Shown: positions 29,104-41,800, counted from the stretch's first letter. The stretch: DNA of 64,000 bases from an uncultured virus (IMG/VR IMGVR_UViG_3300008262_000183) (IMGVR_UViG_3300008262_000183), one strand, 5' to 3'. The notes: a model not told the origin generated them from the sequence alone. Translations and numbers: made by a program.

Positions 29104-30936
29104 ATGAGCAAAAAAATAGCATATACTAATCGTGATTTTGCTGGGTTAAGACAAGATTTAGTTAAATTAACTAAAGAGTATTACCCAGACTTAATACAAA
29201 ATACAAACGACGCGTCAATATTTTCCGTTTTATTGGATTTAAATGCGGCTGTTACCGATAACTTGCATTTTCATATTGATAGGGTATGGCAAGAAACAAT
29301 GTTGGATTTTGCTCAACAAAGACAATCTTTATTTCATATTGCTAAAACATATGGAATTAGAATTCCAGGACTAAGACCATCTGTTGCATTATGTGATTTT
29401 AGTATTATTGTTCCGGTTAAAGGTGATTCCGAAGATAATAGATACTTAGGTATATTAAGAGCCGGAACACAAATTTCTGGAGGCGGTCAAATATTTGAAA
29501 CTGTTTCAGATATTGATTTCTCAAATCCGTTTAATGAAAGAGGTGAATCAAACAGATTAAAAATCCCAAATTTGGATGGAAATAGTAAAATTATTTCTTA
29601 CACGATAACAAAAAGAGAACCAGTTGTAAACGGGGTTACAAAAATATTTAGAAAAGTTATTACTCAAAAAGATCAAAAACCTTTCTTAAAATTAGTTTTA
29701 CCAGAACAAAATGTTTTAGGGGTATCATCTATCATACATAAAGATGGAACCAATTTTACAACAAACCCAACCAATTCTGAATTTAACGCACCATTGAATA
29801 AATGGTATGAAGTAAAAGCTCTAGTACAAGATAAAGTTTTTGTTCCAAATACAACAGCAACTTCAGATAGAGCTAATTTTAAAGCTGGACAATACATTAG
29901 TGTAAATAATAAATTTATCACAGAGTATACCCCAGAAGGTTATTTTTTCATAACTTTTGGATCTGGAAATGTTGATCCGCTAGACAATTTGGATAACTAT
30001 ATAACAAACACCCTTAAGGTTAATTTAGCGACTTACTTAAATAATATGTCTTTGGGGGCTATACCTAAACAAGACACTACCTTATTTGTAAAATATAGAA
30101 TTGGTGGTGGTAAAGAGAGTAATTTAGGTGTTGGTGTTCTTAATAACATAGAAAATTCGGAGTTTATTGTTAATGGACCAGCAGCAAATGTAAATTCACA
30201 AGTTATACAATCATTAACTGTTACAAACGTAACTCCAGCTGTTGGTGGTGCAGATCAACCAACTATTGAGGAATTGAGAGGTATGATATCTTACAATTTT
30301 GCAGCACAAAACAGAGCGGTAACATTAAATGATTACAAATCATTAATTGAAACAATGCCATCAACATATGGTGCACCAGCTAAAGTGAATGTAATGGAAG
30401 AAGATAATAAAGTAAGAATCAAATTATTATCTTATGATGAAAAAGGGAATTTAACAAATATTGTGTCAAATACGCTAAAGCAAAATATATTAAATTATTT
30501 GGCAGAGTATAGAATGATAAATGACTATATTGATATTGTTAGTGGTGAAGTTATTGACTTTGAATTAAAATTGGATGTTTTATTAGATAAAAATCAAAAT
30601 CAAACAGAAGTTATTAGAGAAATTATAACAGCAGTAAGAGAATATTTTTCGATTGACAAAAGAAAAATGGGTGACCCATTATTCATTGGTGAATTGATGA
30701 AAGAGGTTAACAATGTTTCTGGTGTTGTCAACGTAATTGAGGTTAGAGTTTTCAATAAAGTTGGTGGAGAATATTCGTCATCCCAAGTAGCCCAAGCTTA
30801 TAAAGATCCCGCAACCAAAGAAATCTTACAAAAAGATATGGCGATTTATATGAAATCTAATCAGATTTTTCAAATAAGATTCCCTAATAAAGACATTCAG
30901 GTTAGAGTAAAAACTCTAGATATCCCTACATATTAA
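29104..30936 (+). CDS. Baseplate wedge protein (T4 gp6/P2 J-like)
   Basis: YTNRDF..LR..L, YRIGGG..SN, GGAD and AQNRAVTLNDY. Confidence 0.9.
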   Translation: MSKKIAYTNRDFAGLRQDLVKLTKEYYPDLIQNTNDASIFSVLLDLNAAVTDNLHFHIDRVWQETMLDFAQQRQSLFHIAKTYGIRIPGLRPSVALCDFSIIVPVKGDSEDNRYLGILRAGTQISGGGQIFETVSDIDFSNPFNERGESNRLKIPNLDGNSKIISYTITKREPVVNGVTKIFRKVITQKDQKPFLKLVLPEQNVLGVSSIIHKDGTNFTTNPTNSEFNAPLNKWYEVKALVQDKVFVPNTTATSDRANFKAGQYISVNNKFITEYTPEGYFFITFGSGNVDPLDNLDNYITNTLKVNLATYLNNMSLGAIPKQDTTLFVKYRIGGGKESNLGVGVLNNIENSEFIVNGPAANVNSQVIQSLTVTNVTPAVGGADQPTIEELRGMISYNFAAQNRAVTLNDYKSLIETMPSTYGAPAKVNVMEEDNKVRIKLLSYDEKGNLTNIVSNTLKQNILNYLAEYRMINDYIDIVSGEVIDFELKLDVLLDKNQNQTEVIREIITAVREYFSIDKRKMGDPLFIGELMKEVNNVSGVVNVIEVRVFNKVGGEYSSSQVAQAYKDPATKEILQKDMAIYMKSNQIFQIRFPNKDIQVRVKTLDIPTY

Positions 30937-30996
30937 TCTATTTTTTACTTATCTTTTTAACTACAGAAAATTGATAAGTTTCTATTTATAGTTAAT

Positions 30997-33900
30997 ATGG
31001 TTCAGAAGCACAGAATTAATACCAATTTAAACACAGATAAGCGAGTTGTTGTTGAATTAAAACAAAATTACGACCTGCTAGAAATACTGTCTTTAAAATT
31101 TACACAACAAGACGCATATACGTCTCTGTGTGCTGATTACGGCGTTGTTTGTGGTAGAATTTCTGTTAATAATGGTCTTGGAGTACCAAATGCAAGGGTT
31201 TCAATTTTCGTACCATTAGCAGAACAAGATGAATTAGATCCACTTATTTCACAATTATATCCTTATAAGGTAATAAAAGATTTAAACAGTGATGGGTATC
31301 GATATAATTTATTACCATCAAGAAAACAGCACGGCGGACATGAGCCAACCGGTACTTTTCCAGATCAATCAGATATATTAGGTAGAGAAGAGTATCTTGA
31401 AGTATTTGAGAAATATTACAAATACACAGCAAAAACAAACTCATCTGGTGACTTTATGATATGGGGGGTTCCACTTGGTGAACAACAAATTCATGTTGAC
31501 GTCGATTTATCAGATATCGGTTGTTTTTCATTAAGACCCGATGATTTTATTAAACAAGGTAGAGGTATTGATTCATTCAAAAATACATATTCCTTTAAAT
31601 CATCAACAGATTACGCTTCATTACCACAAATCGTTTCTTTTGATAAAACAGTAGACGTGGCTCCGTTTTGGGGTAACGCAGATTTATGTCAAATAGGTAT
31701 AACTAGAACCGATTTCGATTTATCCGAACAGGGGGTTAAAATAGAACCCAAAGCATATCTATTGGGGTCAATATTCTCAGATCAAGGTAATAGTGCAGTA
31801 AACAAAAACTGTACACCAAGATCAGGAATGGGAAACAAATGTTTATTAGTTACTGAAGAAGCTAAGATTGAAATTTTAAGATTTACAAATTCAAAAGATT
31901 CAAACGGAAGACCGGTTTTAGAATATTTGGAATTTGATGGAGATATTGATGATAGTGGTTCATTTGCTATAACGTTACCTATGAATTTGGAGTATGTTTA
32001 TACAAATGAATTTGGTGAAAACGAAATAACGAACGACCCAAACAAAGGTGTACCAACTTCAGCATGTTATAGATTTAGAATATCTTCTAAAAATGAATCT
32101 TTAGGTAGAGTTAGGACTATTGGTTCTTATCTAATTCCTAATATTAGAGAATATACATCACAACAAGATGAATCCTATGCCTGGTCAACAAACTGGAGTG
32201 ATTATCCATCTGCAGCTTTAAGTGATACCATGATTTTTAATAACCAATTAGGGTCATATTACCCTAAAGATTATTTTTATAGATTTAACTATAATAAAGT
32301 TTATAGTGTATCATCATTTATTGGATCATATGGGAGCGAGCAATTAGGCATCACTCAAATTGCGCCAAAAGAAGAAGATGATTGTCAAAATAATGCATTA
32401 ACACCACCAATTAATCATGCAACTAAAGTAATTTCTTTTTCTATTTTATTGGCAATTATTTTAAATACATTTGAGAGAATAAGTTATTATACACTTATTG
32501 CTGCTATTCAGATAATAATAGTTCCATTTCAGGCTTTATATAATTGGCGAATTTATTTAAGAGCACTTGGTGTTACAATTATTGATTATTATCCATTCAG
32601 AGCCGGCGGTATAATTGATGTTGATGCAAAAGTTATTGAACCATTACAAAGATTTGGTACAGTTAGATTAGGTATTGCAATATATCCAGAATGTGAAACT
32701 TGTGATAACCTAGATTATACTAACGAGCCCCCGGTATTAAATGAAGATCCAGAAACATTATTTACGCAGGCCGCTAGTGGTTTTGCTATACCGGATAATT
32801 ACATGGCTACGTATGGTTGTTCCGGTTATACTGATAGTGATACATCAGTAACTAGAATATATTTTATTATTCCTGGAAACACATGCGCACCAATATCAAA
32901 TTTAAACCCATCGTACAACGGTACATATAATCAATCACAGTTGTTAAATGAATCTGGTAGATTTATGGTTAAATTTACCGCTAGTAGTGGGTCTACAATA
33001 TTAAATTTAAATAGTGAAACAATTAGTGGAAACACTGTATACTATTTTGATGACACTACTAAAAAAAGTTATGTTGGAGGTACTACTGAGCCAACTTCAC
33101 AAATACAATATAAAATATTCGACACACAAACATCATTAAATGGTGGTGCAACAAATAGTGGTCTTAATAGTGAACTAGAAGGTGGATGTCAACAATATGT
33201 TACGGTATATAAAGAAAGTATTGTATATGGTACCTATTGTACAAGTAATTCATCAACACCATATAGTGGATTAACCTCAAGCAATATTGTTACTGGAACA
33301 ACATGCCCATCTGGTCAAATTCCGGTGGGTCAAGTTATTATGGGTGTTAATCAGAATCCGTGTGGTACATGTGGTACACATAGTGGTTATTCTGAATTTA
33401 GATATGGTTTATTTACAATTATACCTGCGGCGAGTATATCTAATTGGGGGGATAATTTTGATGCGATAACAGAGTATGCTAGAAGAAAGTTAGTTGCTAA
33501 AGTATTTTGTGGCGGTATTGCAAATTATAAGTTTATTGATAATTGGTTACATGGTGCATTATATATGTTTCCGTTCAAAGCAAAAGTTAGATGGGACGAT
33601 GAAGAAACGTTAGATTTAAATGTTAGAAGAACAAAATATTGTACAGACTTGGTATATTTTAAAGCTGGTTCTCCAGAAAATCCACACAAAAGATTTTACC
33701 CAACGTCGTATCAAAATTTTAAAGAATTATTAGGTTTATATATTAATTATAAATTAGATTACTTAGCGACAGGTAGTAGTACAACAGGTGATTATAATTC
33801 ATTTTTTGAAAATACTGGTTACACATCCTCAGGTGATGTGATGAATGGTGATGTACTTCAATTAATATCAATTAATAATGAAGCTGGTGTTGAAGAATTT

Positions 33901-34449
33901 GATTTACAGAATAGAAATTATGCTGTTTATACCCCACAAGTATTGGACGTTGAATCTTATCCTGGATTATTAAATGGTGGTCCAATCCCAATAAATTTTG
34001 TTTTAGACGATGGTGAGGGGTATAGAGTTAGGTCGTGTTTAAATGAACCAGGAAGACTAACAGAATCATCACAAGAAGTACCATTTTATTTATGGGAAAA
34101 AGGTGGAACTGGGTTTGGGTCTGGTGTTAGCCAACACTGGGATTATAATAACATCGAGGTTCAACCATTACAAGGTATGACTAAAAATTATAAGTATAGT
34201 GGTGATACATCGCACAAGTATATTTTATTTCCAATGACAAAACAATATAGTGGTGACACCTTCACATATACTGGAATTACATATGCTGATGTTTTTGCTG
34301 ATGTTGAAACAACCGGCACAACCCATACAAACTATAATAATCAAGAAGAAGGATTTACAGTTTTAGAAATAGCAACTGGAACTGAAAATAATCCATTAAC
34401 TGGTACTCTATGGATTAGAACTGGAGATACACGCATTCCCATCAGCTGA
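30997..34449 (+). CDS. Large baseplate-associated structural protein (C-terminus possibly corrupted)
   Basis: N-terminal GVVCGRI...GVPNARVSIF...TNSSGDFMI.GVP is a prealbumin-like beta-sandwich. There is a central hydrophobic segment and the protein is Cys-rich. Confidence 0.55.
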   Translation: MVQKHRINTNLNTDKRVVVELKQNYDLLEILSLKFTQQDAYTSLCADYGVVCGRISVNNGLGVPNARVSIFVPLAEQDELDPLISQLYPYKVIKDLNSDGYRYNLLPSRKQHGGHEPTGTFPDQSDILGREEYLEVFEKYYKYTAKTNSSGDFMIWGVPLGEQQIHVDVDLSDIGCFSLRPDDFIKQGRGIDSFKNTYSFKSSTDYASLPQIVSFDKTVDVAPFWGNADLCQIGITRTDFDLSEQGVKIEPKAYLLGSIFSDQGNSAVNKNCTPRSGMGNKCLLVTEEAKIEILRFTNSKDSNGRPVLEYLEFDGDIDDSGSFAITLPMNLEYVYTNEFGENEITNDPNKGVPTSACYRFRISSKNESLGRVRTIGSYLIPNIREYTSQQDESYAWSTNWSDYPSAALSDTMIFNNQLGSYYPKDYFYRFNYNKVYSVSSFIGSYGSEQLGITQIAPKEEDDCQNNALTPPINHATKVISFSILLAIILNTFERISYYTLIAAIQIIIVPFQALYNWRIYLRALGVTIIDYYPFRAGGIIDVDAKVIEPLQRFGTVRLGIAIYPECETCDNLDYTNEPPVLNEDPETLFTQAASGFAIPDNYMATYGCSGYTDSDTSVTRIYFIIPGNTCAPISNLNPSYNGTYNQSQLLNESGRFMVKFTASSGSTILNLNSETISGNTVYYFDDTTKKSYVGGTTEPTSQIQYKIFDTQTSLNGGATNSGLNSELEGGCQQYVTVYKESIVYGTYCTSNSSTPYSGLTSSNIVTGTTCPSGQIPVGQVIMGVNQNPCGTCGTHSGYSEFRYGLFTIIPAASISNWGDNFDAITEYARRKLVAKVFCGGIANYKFIDNWLHGALYMFPFKAKVRWDDEETLDLNVRRTKYCTDLVYFKAGSPENPHKRFYPTSYQNFKELLGLYINYKLDYLATGSSTTGDYNSFFENTGYTSSGDVMNGDVLQLISINNEAGVEEFDLQNRNYAVYTPQVLDVESYPGLLNGGPIPINFVLDDGEGYRVRSCLNEPGRLTESSQEVPFYLWEKGGTGFGSGVSQHWDYNNIEVQPLQGMTKNYKYSGDTSHKYILFPMTKQYSGDTFTYTGITYADVFADVETTGTTHTNYNNQEEGFTVLEIATGTENNPLTGTLWIRTGDTRIPIS

Positions 34450-34452
34450 ATA

Positions 34453-36213
34453 ATGGAAAAGAAAACAATAATATTACCAAAGCTTAGATATAAGCAAGCG
34501 CCATCTGAAGACCTACAAACAAAGGTTGGATTAGATAGTAGTCAAGAGCTTCTTAGAGAAGGTGATAGAAATATTATTCTTGATATTGAAACATTATTTT
34601 CCAAAGAAAGAAATGAAAGTAAAAAATATAAAATATATGGTAAATTAAAAATGATATTCAGAAACCTTTATTTGGGTACTTCGCCATATAGTAATTTAGA
34701 AGAATATTTGGCTTTAGGTGGGGACGGATCAGATAATAATTTTAGTGGATATCTTCCATATGATGAGTTTGCTTTTATTAGAAGAGATGTTAATAAAAAT
34801 GAAATTTCAATACCAAGTGTTAGCGGATCAACATATGGTACTTATGTACCAACATTAAGTAGTCCAACTAGACCTAAAAATAAACATATGAATATTTCAA
34901 CTATGGATGCACCGTATCATAATTGGAATTTATATTTAAGTTATGTTTATAGCGGTGACACAAATTACCCTATGAAATATACATTAAGTGGGGCAACTAA
35001 AGTAGAGGGTACAAATATTATAACATTTACTAGTGGTAAAGGCATACCATGTAGAGTACAAACAACAGCAACTCATTTTAAATTAACAACTCCGGTGGAG
35101 CATGGATTTAATATTGGGGAATATGTGATATTTTCATCACAATCTGCAATTAGTGGAAAAACATATTCTATTAGTAGCTTAGGTGATGAAAAATTTAATT
35201 CAGAAAAATATGTTATAAATTTAAATAGACAACAATTTAGCGGTACAACGCTACCAAACTTGGTCACAATAAAAAGATGTATTGATGAAAATAATATTAG
35301 CGGAACAACCTCAACTTATTATGTACATAAACACAAAACCATAACAGATGTCTCTGATTATATAATGGACAGAGCCGGTTTTGAAACACCAATATTTGAA
35401 GATGAAAAAAAATTACTTATTGAAAACTCAAACGGCGATAACGATATTTTGGTTGAAAGAAATAGAATGGAATCTATCATATTTGATTTTAGAGACCCAT
35501 TTATCTTAACTGGATTAACAAACAATTTAGGATATACTCCTACAGAAGTTTATTTAACAACCATTTTTAGAAATGGTTCAGGGTATTTTGAATACCCACC
35601 TAAAAATGGATACAAATTCAATTTTCATAACAGTTGGATTGATAATCATTTTAGTGGATCAACATCCGTTGAAACAACAATTCCATATACAACTGGGACT
35701 ACGAGTGGTGTTACGTTTACATATGGATCAGTATTGCCATTAAATACAGTGCTAACTGGTGCATTTGTTGAATACAATAGACGTGAATTAAAAGAGAGAG
35801 TTATTTCAGAATCTTTTCATAGGATTGCAAATCCAACATCAATATTTGATTATGATCAAGATCAAAATGTTACCGGATTTAGCGGGGCAACAGCAAATAA
35901 TAAAATGGGGTTAGTGTATCAGCCACATTATAGAATAAAATTAAGACAACTATCAGCTTACATAGAAACTTCGAACACAAATAATATTGAGGATTTGCCA
36001 GAAAACGCAGAATATTTTTCAGATGAAAGATTATGGAAATGGAAAGACGTGTTTGACCATGGATATATTGACCAAGATGGTAATGGTACCGATTTTCCAT
36101 TTGTTAATGGACAACATTATGTGAAATCAGATTTTAATTTTTATTTTAAGAATGAAAGATATTATTTAAATAAATCAGACCAAAACAAAGAATTTAAATC
36201 TCCGAATTGTTAA
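34453..36213 (+). CDS. Structural protein of the baseplate region
   Basis: 586 aa ORF in the structural operon, rich in (S/T)G(S/T)T motifs. Confidence 0.6.
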   Translation: MEKKTIILPKLRYKQAPSEDLQTKVGLDSSQELLREGDRNIILDIETLFSKERNESKKYKIYGKLKMIFRNLYLGTSPYSNLEEYLALGGDGSDNNFSGYLPYDEFAFIRRDVNKNEISIPSVSGSTYGTYVPTLSSPTRPKNKHMNISTMDAPYHNWNLYLSYVYSGDTNYPMKYTLSGATKVEGTNIITFTSGKGIPCRVQTTATHFKLTTPVEHGFNIGEYVIFSSQSAISGKTYSISSLGDEKFNSEKYVINLNRQQFSGTTLPNLVTIKRCIDENNISGTTSTYYVHKHKTITDVSDYIMDRAGFETPIFEDEKKLLIENSNGDNDILVERNRMESIIFDFRDPFILTGLTNNLGYTPTEVYLTTIFRNGSGYFEYPPKNGYKFNFHNSWIDNHFSGSTSVETTIPYTTGTTSGVTFTYGSVLPLNTVLTGAFVEYNRRELKERVISESFHRIANPTSIFDYDQDQNVTGFSGATANNKMGLVYQPHYRIKLRQLSAYIETSNTNNIEDLPENAEYFSDERLWKWKDVFDHGYIDQDGNGTDFPFVNGQHYVKSDFNFYFKNERYYLNKSDQNKEFKSPNC

Positions 36214-36214
36214 A

Positions 36215-37033
36215 ATGAGAATAATTCATAAAAATATTGATAACAGTATTATCTTAAATCAAAGCACAGACTTTTCAAATAGTTTGGGTTGGGAGGAATC
36301 TTTTAAAGATTATGAAGATAAAGTACTTGAGTCAATAATAAATCCAGTTCAAAACTATGAGACTATAAGGTACATTCATGAACCATATAGTGCGTCTACT
36401 GGAAATATATGTGATATATGGTATTTCTTTTATTTTATCGATTCATCAAATACATATGCTAAAGGGTTAGATTATAATTTAGTTGGTATAACACCACAAG
36501 AAAATGCACTTTTATTAAAACAAACAGCAAAAAGCTTTTTTAGATTAGAATTCTACACAACACCAAATAGAGAAACACAAAAATTAGTTTTTGCTAAAAA
36601 CTTATCAATTCCGCTTGGTCAAAAGGTTTTTGATCAAAATATTTCTAATGATATATTTGTTCCTGTTTTTAATGGAAACAATTACAAAAACACTGAGAAT
36701 ATGTATTTGTTTTGGTTTGGAGATGATACTGTTTTTAGTGGAACAACATTTTATATGACTGCTAGATTTTTTAATGCAGATGACGGTACTATAACACAAC
36801 TTTTAAATAAAGATATTAATAATCCTGTTGTTGGAAATAACCAAAGAGTAGGTTTATATTCAACACCGGTTAAATTTTATGAAGTCGCATCTAACTATAG
36901 TGTAGTTCCTGAAAATGATTTTTATTATAAAGTTGTTTTTAGAAGATCCGATCACACATATAAAATAAGCAGATTCTCGGCCCAATCATGTCAGTTCTCT
37001 AGCGGAACGGCAACAGCATCAATTTTATCATAA
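36215..37033 (+). CDS. Structural protein
   Basis: 272 aa ORF. Its C-terminal CQFSSGTATASI motif is shared with 50654..51067. Confidence 0.55.
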   Translation: MRIIHKNIDNSIILNQSTDFSNSLGWEESFKDYEDKVLESIINPVQNYETIRYIHEPYSASTGNICDIWYFFYFIDSSNTYAKGLDYNLVGITPQENALLLKQTAKSFFRLEFYTTPNRETQKLVFAKNLSIPLGQKVFDQNISNDIFVPVFNGNNYKNTENMYLFWFGDDTVFSGTTFYMTARFFNADDGTITQLLNKDINNPVVGNNQRVGLYSTPVKFYEVASNYSVVPENDFYYKVVFRRSDHTYKISRFSAQSCQFSSGTATASILS

Positions 37034-37034
37034 C

Positions 37035-37940
37035 ATGAATAAGAATAGTTATCAAATTTTATGGACATCAGGTACAACATATGATCTACCTATTATGCTC
37101 GAATCAAATGCAGATGAACTAGGTGTTATGGTTGGATTTGATGGGGATATAGAACAAATTGAACAGTTATGTAATTTTACATATACTGCAAATAATTTGG
37201 TATTAACAGTTTATAACACAACAAATACTAATAAAATTAATAGGGTTGTTGATGCCACATTTGAAATAAATTGGGGGGATGGGTCTCCAACCACACCAAT
37301 AGGTATTTTACAAAACTCTGGACACACATATACTTCTAGTGGAACAACAACTGTTACTATCACAATGAACAGTCCTTGGGGGATTAAAACAACCAGCAAA
37401 AAAATTAAATTACCACTCCAACAAAATAATCCAACGGATTTGGGTAGTCTAACATTTAATATTCCTTATACAGAAATAACCGGATTTACTCAAAATTATC
37501 AGAAACCATATGATTATAGTACAACCGGATATACTGGAACAACCACTTTTTTTGCAATTGGTAGAAGTAGAATAATTGAAAAACAAATATATGGTGGTGG
37601 ATATACTGGTACAACAACCGGAACAACAACAATTTCTGGGCAATCTTATCAGTATACCGGATACACAATAGATGGGCTAGCGCATCTAGACTTATCTGAT
37701 GGTACAACATATATTAGTGGAAATACTGCTAGTTTCCAATCCGAGGTAGAGTTCACTAAAAAGTTAACCAGAAATGAACATTATCTTGGTTTTATAAATG
37801 AACCAATGATCTATTCTGACATATTTGTTGAAAGAGGTAAGATGGGTGTATCTGAATTTAATTTAAGATTAAGTGAAATTGATAATTTAGGCGAACTAGA
37901 CATTTATGGAAATGGATTTTTTAATGTGCAAAAACAATAA
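37035..37940 (+). CDS. PKD-like domain structural protein
   Basis: INWGDGS...HTYTSSGTTTVTIT is a PKD-like signature. Confidence 0.6.
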   Translation: MNKNSYQILWTSGTTYDLPIMLESNADELGVMVGFDGDIEQIEQLCNFTYTANNLVLTVYNTTNTNKINRVVDATFEINWGDGSPTTPIGILQNSGHTYTSSGTTTVTITMNSPWGIKTTSKKIKLPLQQNNPTDLGSLTFNIPYTEITGFTQNYQKPYDYSTTGYTGTTTFFAIGRSRIIEKQIYGGGYTGTTTGTTTISGQSYQYTGYTIDGLAHLDLSDGTTYISGNTASFQSEVEFTKKLTRNEHYLGFINEPMIYSDIFVERGKMGVSEFNLRLSEIDNLGELDIYGNGFFNVQKQ

Positions 37941-37965
37941 AAATTATATTTATAATTAAAAGAAT

Positions 37966-38874
37966 ATGGCAGTAGGTAGTTACGGGACAATTAGGCCAGC
38001 AGATGTTTCACCAGATGATGTGGAAATAATAATGCATTATGTTGCTGACAGAACAGCAGCTGCGGATGTTTCATTAGTTAAACTAACAGCATCTAGCGTA
38101 TTAACACCGGTTTTTCACAACAGTTCTACCGGTGGATCTAATGGTGTTGAAATTTTGGGGGGTATGTATAATCTAAGGTTAGAAAGTAGCACTTTTGACG
38201 AAAAAGGGCTTTATACATTACACATAAGACCAAAGCAAATCAGAGTCCCAATATCCGATTGTGGTGTTTTATCATCATTACCCTCTGTTAGAGGTATTGT
38301 TATTGACTTAACAAACGTACCACAATTAGATAGAAATAAATTTACACCACAGGGTTTAGTTGGATATAGAGTAGAATATATTGATATAAACAACTCACAA
38401 AAAGTACCAAACTTTTATAAAGTTGTGACATCTTCTTTTTATTGCGAACCAGTAACAACAAATCTAACTAATAGTACACAAAAGTCCATTAGATACAGAT
38501 ATACCGATACGCCAACAAATTTAATGTTCCTTACGGTAACCCCATCTTCTTCACCAACAACAAGACCAAACATTGTTCCTTTTATAGGACAACCTGGTCA
38601 AAATATTATTTTAACCAATAGTTATTTTAATCCAACAACCATAGAGATCGAAATGGTTGAACATGATATATCTACATTAGCGCTAGCACTTTACGGTAAT
38701 CAAAGTAAGGCGTTGAATTCAGGTATTTACACAATTTATGACGGTAGCAATAATATCTATAAGCAGTTTAATCTATATGAAGTTAAAGATCAATTTAACG
38801 AAACATTATATGAAGTTCGTGAAGAAAGAACTGATATAGATCAGACTTTAAATTTTGGTGATATTACAGAATAA
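37966..38874 (+). CDS. Structural protein
   Basis: 302 aa ORF preceded by TATTTAT and coupled to the next gene by TAATG. Confidence 0.6.
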   Translation: MAVGSYGTIRPADVSPDDVEIIMHYVADRTAAADVSLVKLTASSVLTPVFHNSSTGGSNGVEILGGMYNLRLESSTFDEKGLYTLHIRPKQIRVPISDCGVLSSLPSVRGIVIDLTNVPQLDRNKFTPQGLVGYRVEYIDINNSQKVPNFYKVVTSSFYCEPVTTNLTNSTQKSIRYRYTDTPTNLMFLTVTPSSSPTTRPNIVPFIGQPGQNIILTNSYFNPTTIEIEMVEHDISTLALALYGNQSKALNSGIYTIYDGSNNIYKQFNLYEVKDQFNETLYEVREERTDIDQTLNFGDITE

Positions 38875-41800
38875 TGGCAAACAGAAAAGTTCCGAGTCAA
38901 TCGGGTGGTGGTTTTGAAACATTTAGTGATAGTCTTGTCGGTAGACAAATTACCGACGGTACTAGTCAATTAACTAATACCAACTTTACACTAGATAGAA
39001 CTACACCAGAAAAAGACGAAAAAACTTTTAGAACAGCACCATTTTCAGAATTTCTAACCTTAGATACATTAAAGGTTGAAGAAGATGTACCCACAACGGT
39101 TGTACAATCTGATGGTAAAAAAAGACCGATAAGATTTAATAACTCTAAGAAAGATGCTGCAAAATCTTTATTCGGTTCATTAAGAGAAAGATTAAGAGTT
39201 TCAATTGCTAGGATTGTTAAAAACTTTCCAGCGGGACTTTATGCGGATTCAAGCAGTATATTTTCTGTTAATAATCTTACTTGCGAAAATATAGTATATA
39301 CATCTAGTAGTAATAAAACCACATTTAATGTTCACTCAACAAAATTTTTCAATCCATTTGAAATAATTTTAAAAAAACCACCACAAGCGGATTTAGTTGA
39401 AAGCGAAAATAAATTAAGAAATTTTTACTCTTCATATAAAAAATATTCATTAGAAATTAATGGTGTACTATATCCAATTGTAAGTTATACTGAACCAGAT
39501 GTAAACAAATACATTCAATTAGAAGTAACTGGTAAACCATTCACTGGATCAACATACACCTCAAGTTATTTGATTAAACCAAATGACTCTGTTGTTGAAG
39601 AATTCTTTTTAGGATTGGACGATCTAGAATCAACTATTCTAAATAGAGAAACATATCCGATTTATGAATCATCATTTAAAGTTCCTAGAACTAGTTTAGA
39701 TGAAAGTAAAACAGAAATTGTTTCTGTGGTTGTTAACTGGCCATTAGCAAAAGATAATTGGAATATTGCAATAGATGGTTTAGCTTTTGATGAATATCTT
39801 AATAAGTTAAATAATTTAGCAGATGAAATTGATGACTATAAATCAAATTTGGTTACAAGATTTCTAACTGCACCACAATTATTTGAGTTTGACAGCAAAG
39901 ACCAGAAAGCGGATAAAATCTTTCAACTATATGGCCAAAGTTTCGATAATGTAAAAAAATACATTGATAATATTGCTTATATGAGAAATGTCTCATATGA
40001 TTCAATAAACAATATTCCAGACGTATTCTTAAAAAATTTAGCAAATACTTTAGGTTTAAGCACAATTGATTTATTTGATGAAAAATCATTAGAAGAACAG
40101 ATATATAAAAACTCCAATGTAATATACAATGGACAATCGATTGGTAAAAATCTTGTTGAGGGTGAATTAGAGTTTTATAGAAGATTATTAGTAAACTTAG
40201 CTTACATATATAAATCTAAGGGTACAAGAAGTAGTTTACAATTTTTCTTAAAGTTTATTGGTGCTCCAGACCCACTTATACGAATAGACGAATATACGTA
40301 TAGAGTTAATAGTGCAATACCTGCCGCAACAACTGAAGAAGATATTTTTAATGTTATAAATAATGTTGGAACAAACAACAGAATATCATTTAATCAAACA
40401 ACTTATACCTATAGTTTAAGTGCTGCAACTGGAACAACGTCGGTAACACAAACAAGTGATTACCCAGTCGATCCAGTAACGTATCAACCAAAAGCCCCAA
40501 CAACAAATCAAGACAATGTCTTTTTCCAAATGGGTTCTGGTTGGTATACAACAACTCTTAATCACAGAGGACCAGATATTTTAGATACGGAAAACTCAGT
40601 ATTAACTGGTAGAACAAAAACCATATTAACAACAGCAAAGCCATATACATATGGTGAAGATTATTTTAATATATATAGAACATTACCGGGTCTTGATTAC
40701 GGTTTTACATTAACAAGCCAAATAGATAATGTTAAAGGGCAAATTTTAGATGATGAAAATTCTTCTAATTTAACTCTTAATAGAAAAAATATTAACGTCT
40801 TTATTGATGCTGCTAATGCAGTAAACTATGACATCTGGACAAAATCTAGACAATTAGAAGTAACATTTGGCACAAATAGTCTTGAGCCACAAACATCTAT
40901 AAGCTTCAGTGAATTTTTAGGAAACGTATTAAACGGACAGATAAAAAATTCAAATACAATCAAGTATAAGAAAAATTATATTCAGTTAGAAGATGTGTAC
41001 CAAGATTATGTAAATCAATTACAATTGTCTGGATACACTCCATATGATATTGTAACAGTATCAGATTTTGTTAATAAAATGAGTCCATATTGGACTAGCG
41101 TTTTAGATCAAATCGTTCCATCAACAACATTGTGGATGGGTGGTAACTTAGTTACAAATAGCGTTTTTGGTAGACCAAAATATGCGTACAAAAAACCATG
41201 TAAACCATTAGAAATTGTTGAAAATTTATATCCGGATTTTGAATCATTTATTGAAGAAGATCTTGAAACAATTATTGGTGAACCAGATAAGTTAAGAGGA
41301 TTGACATATTTTAGTGGGGTTACATTCACACTATCTATTGAGATAGATGGTGTTGAATATACGGGATCAACACAAGTTTCAATTACTGGATCAACAATTT
41401 TTCCTAGTGGATTTACCGCGTCAAATAGTTGTGATATTTTAGCAAACTCTTCAACTGCAATTCCTTTAATTTGTGAATATAAAAATTGGATAAGTTTAAA
41501 CTTAACAACAATAAAAGCAAATTGGGATCAAGCAATTGCTAACCTCGTTGCTAATATAAATGACACATATACACAGTATAGCGCAACAAACGTTCCTAGT
41601 TATGTGCCCACAGGCGCCACGTTATCTAGAGATAGCCAGCTATTAAGTTATGAAATATTTGAAGATACCAACCAAGTTAAAAAAATTAAATTTATTTTAA
41701 ATAATAATGGTGATTGTAGAGGTGATAGATCTTTAGATTTTTATTTTTCAGCAAATTATGGTGTAACACAAGACCCAAAATGCTACATGGATGCGGAAAT

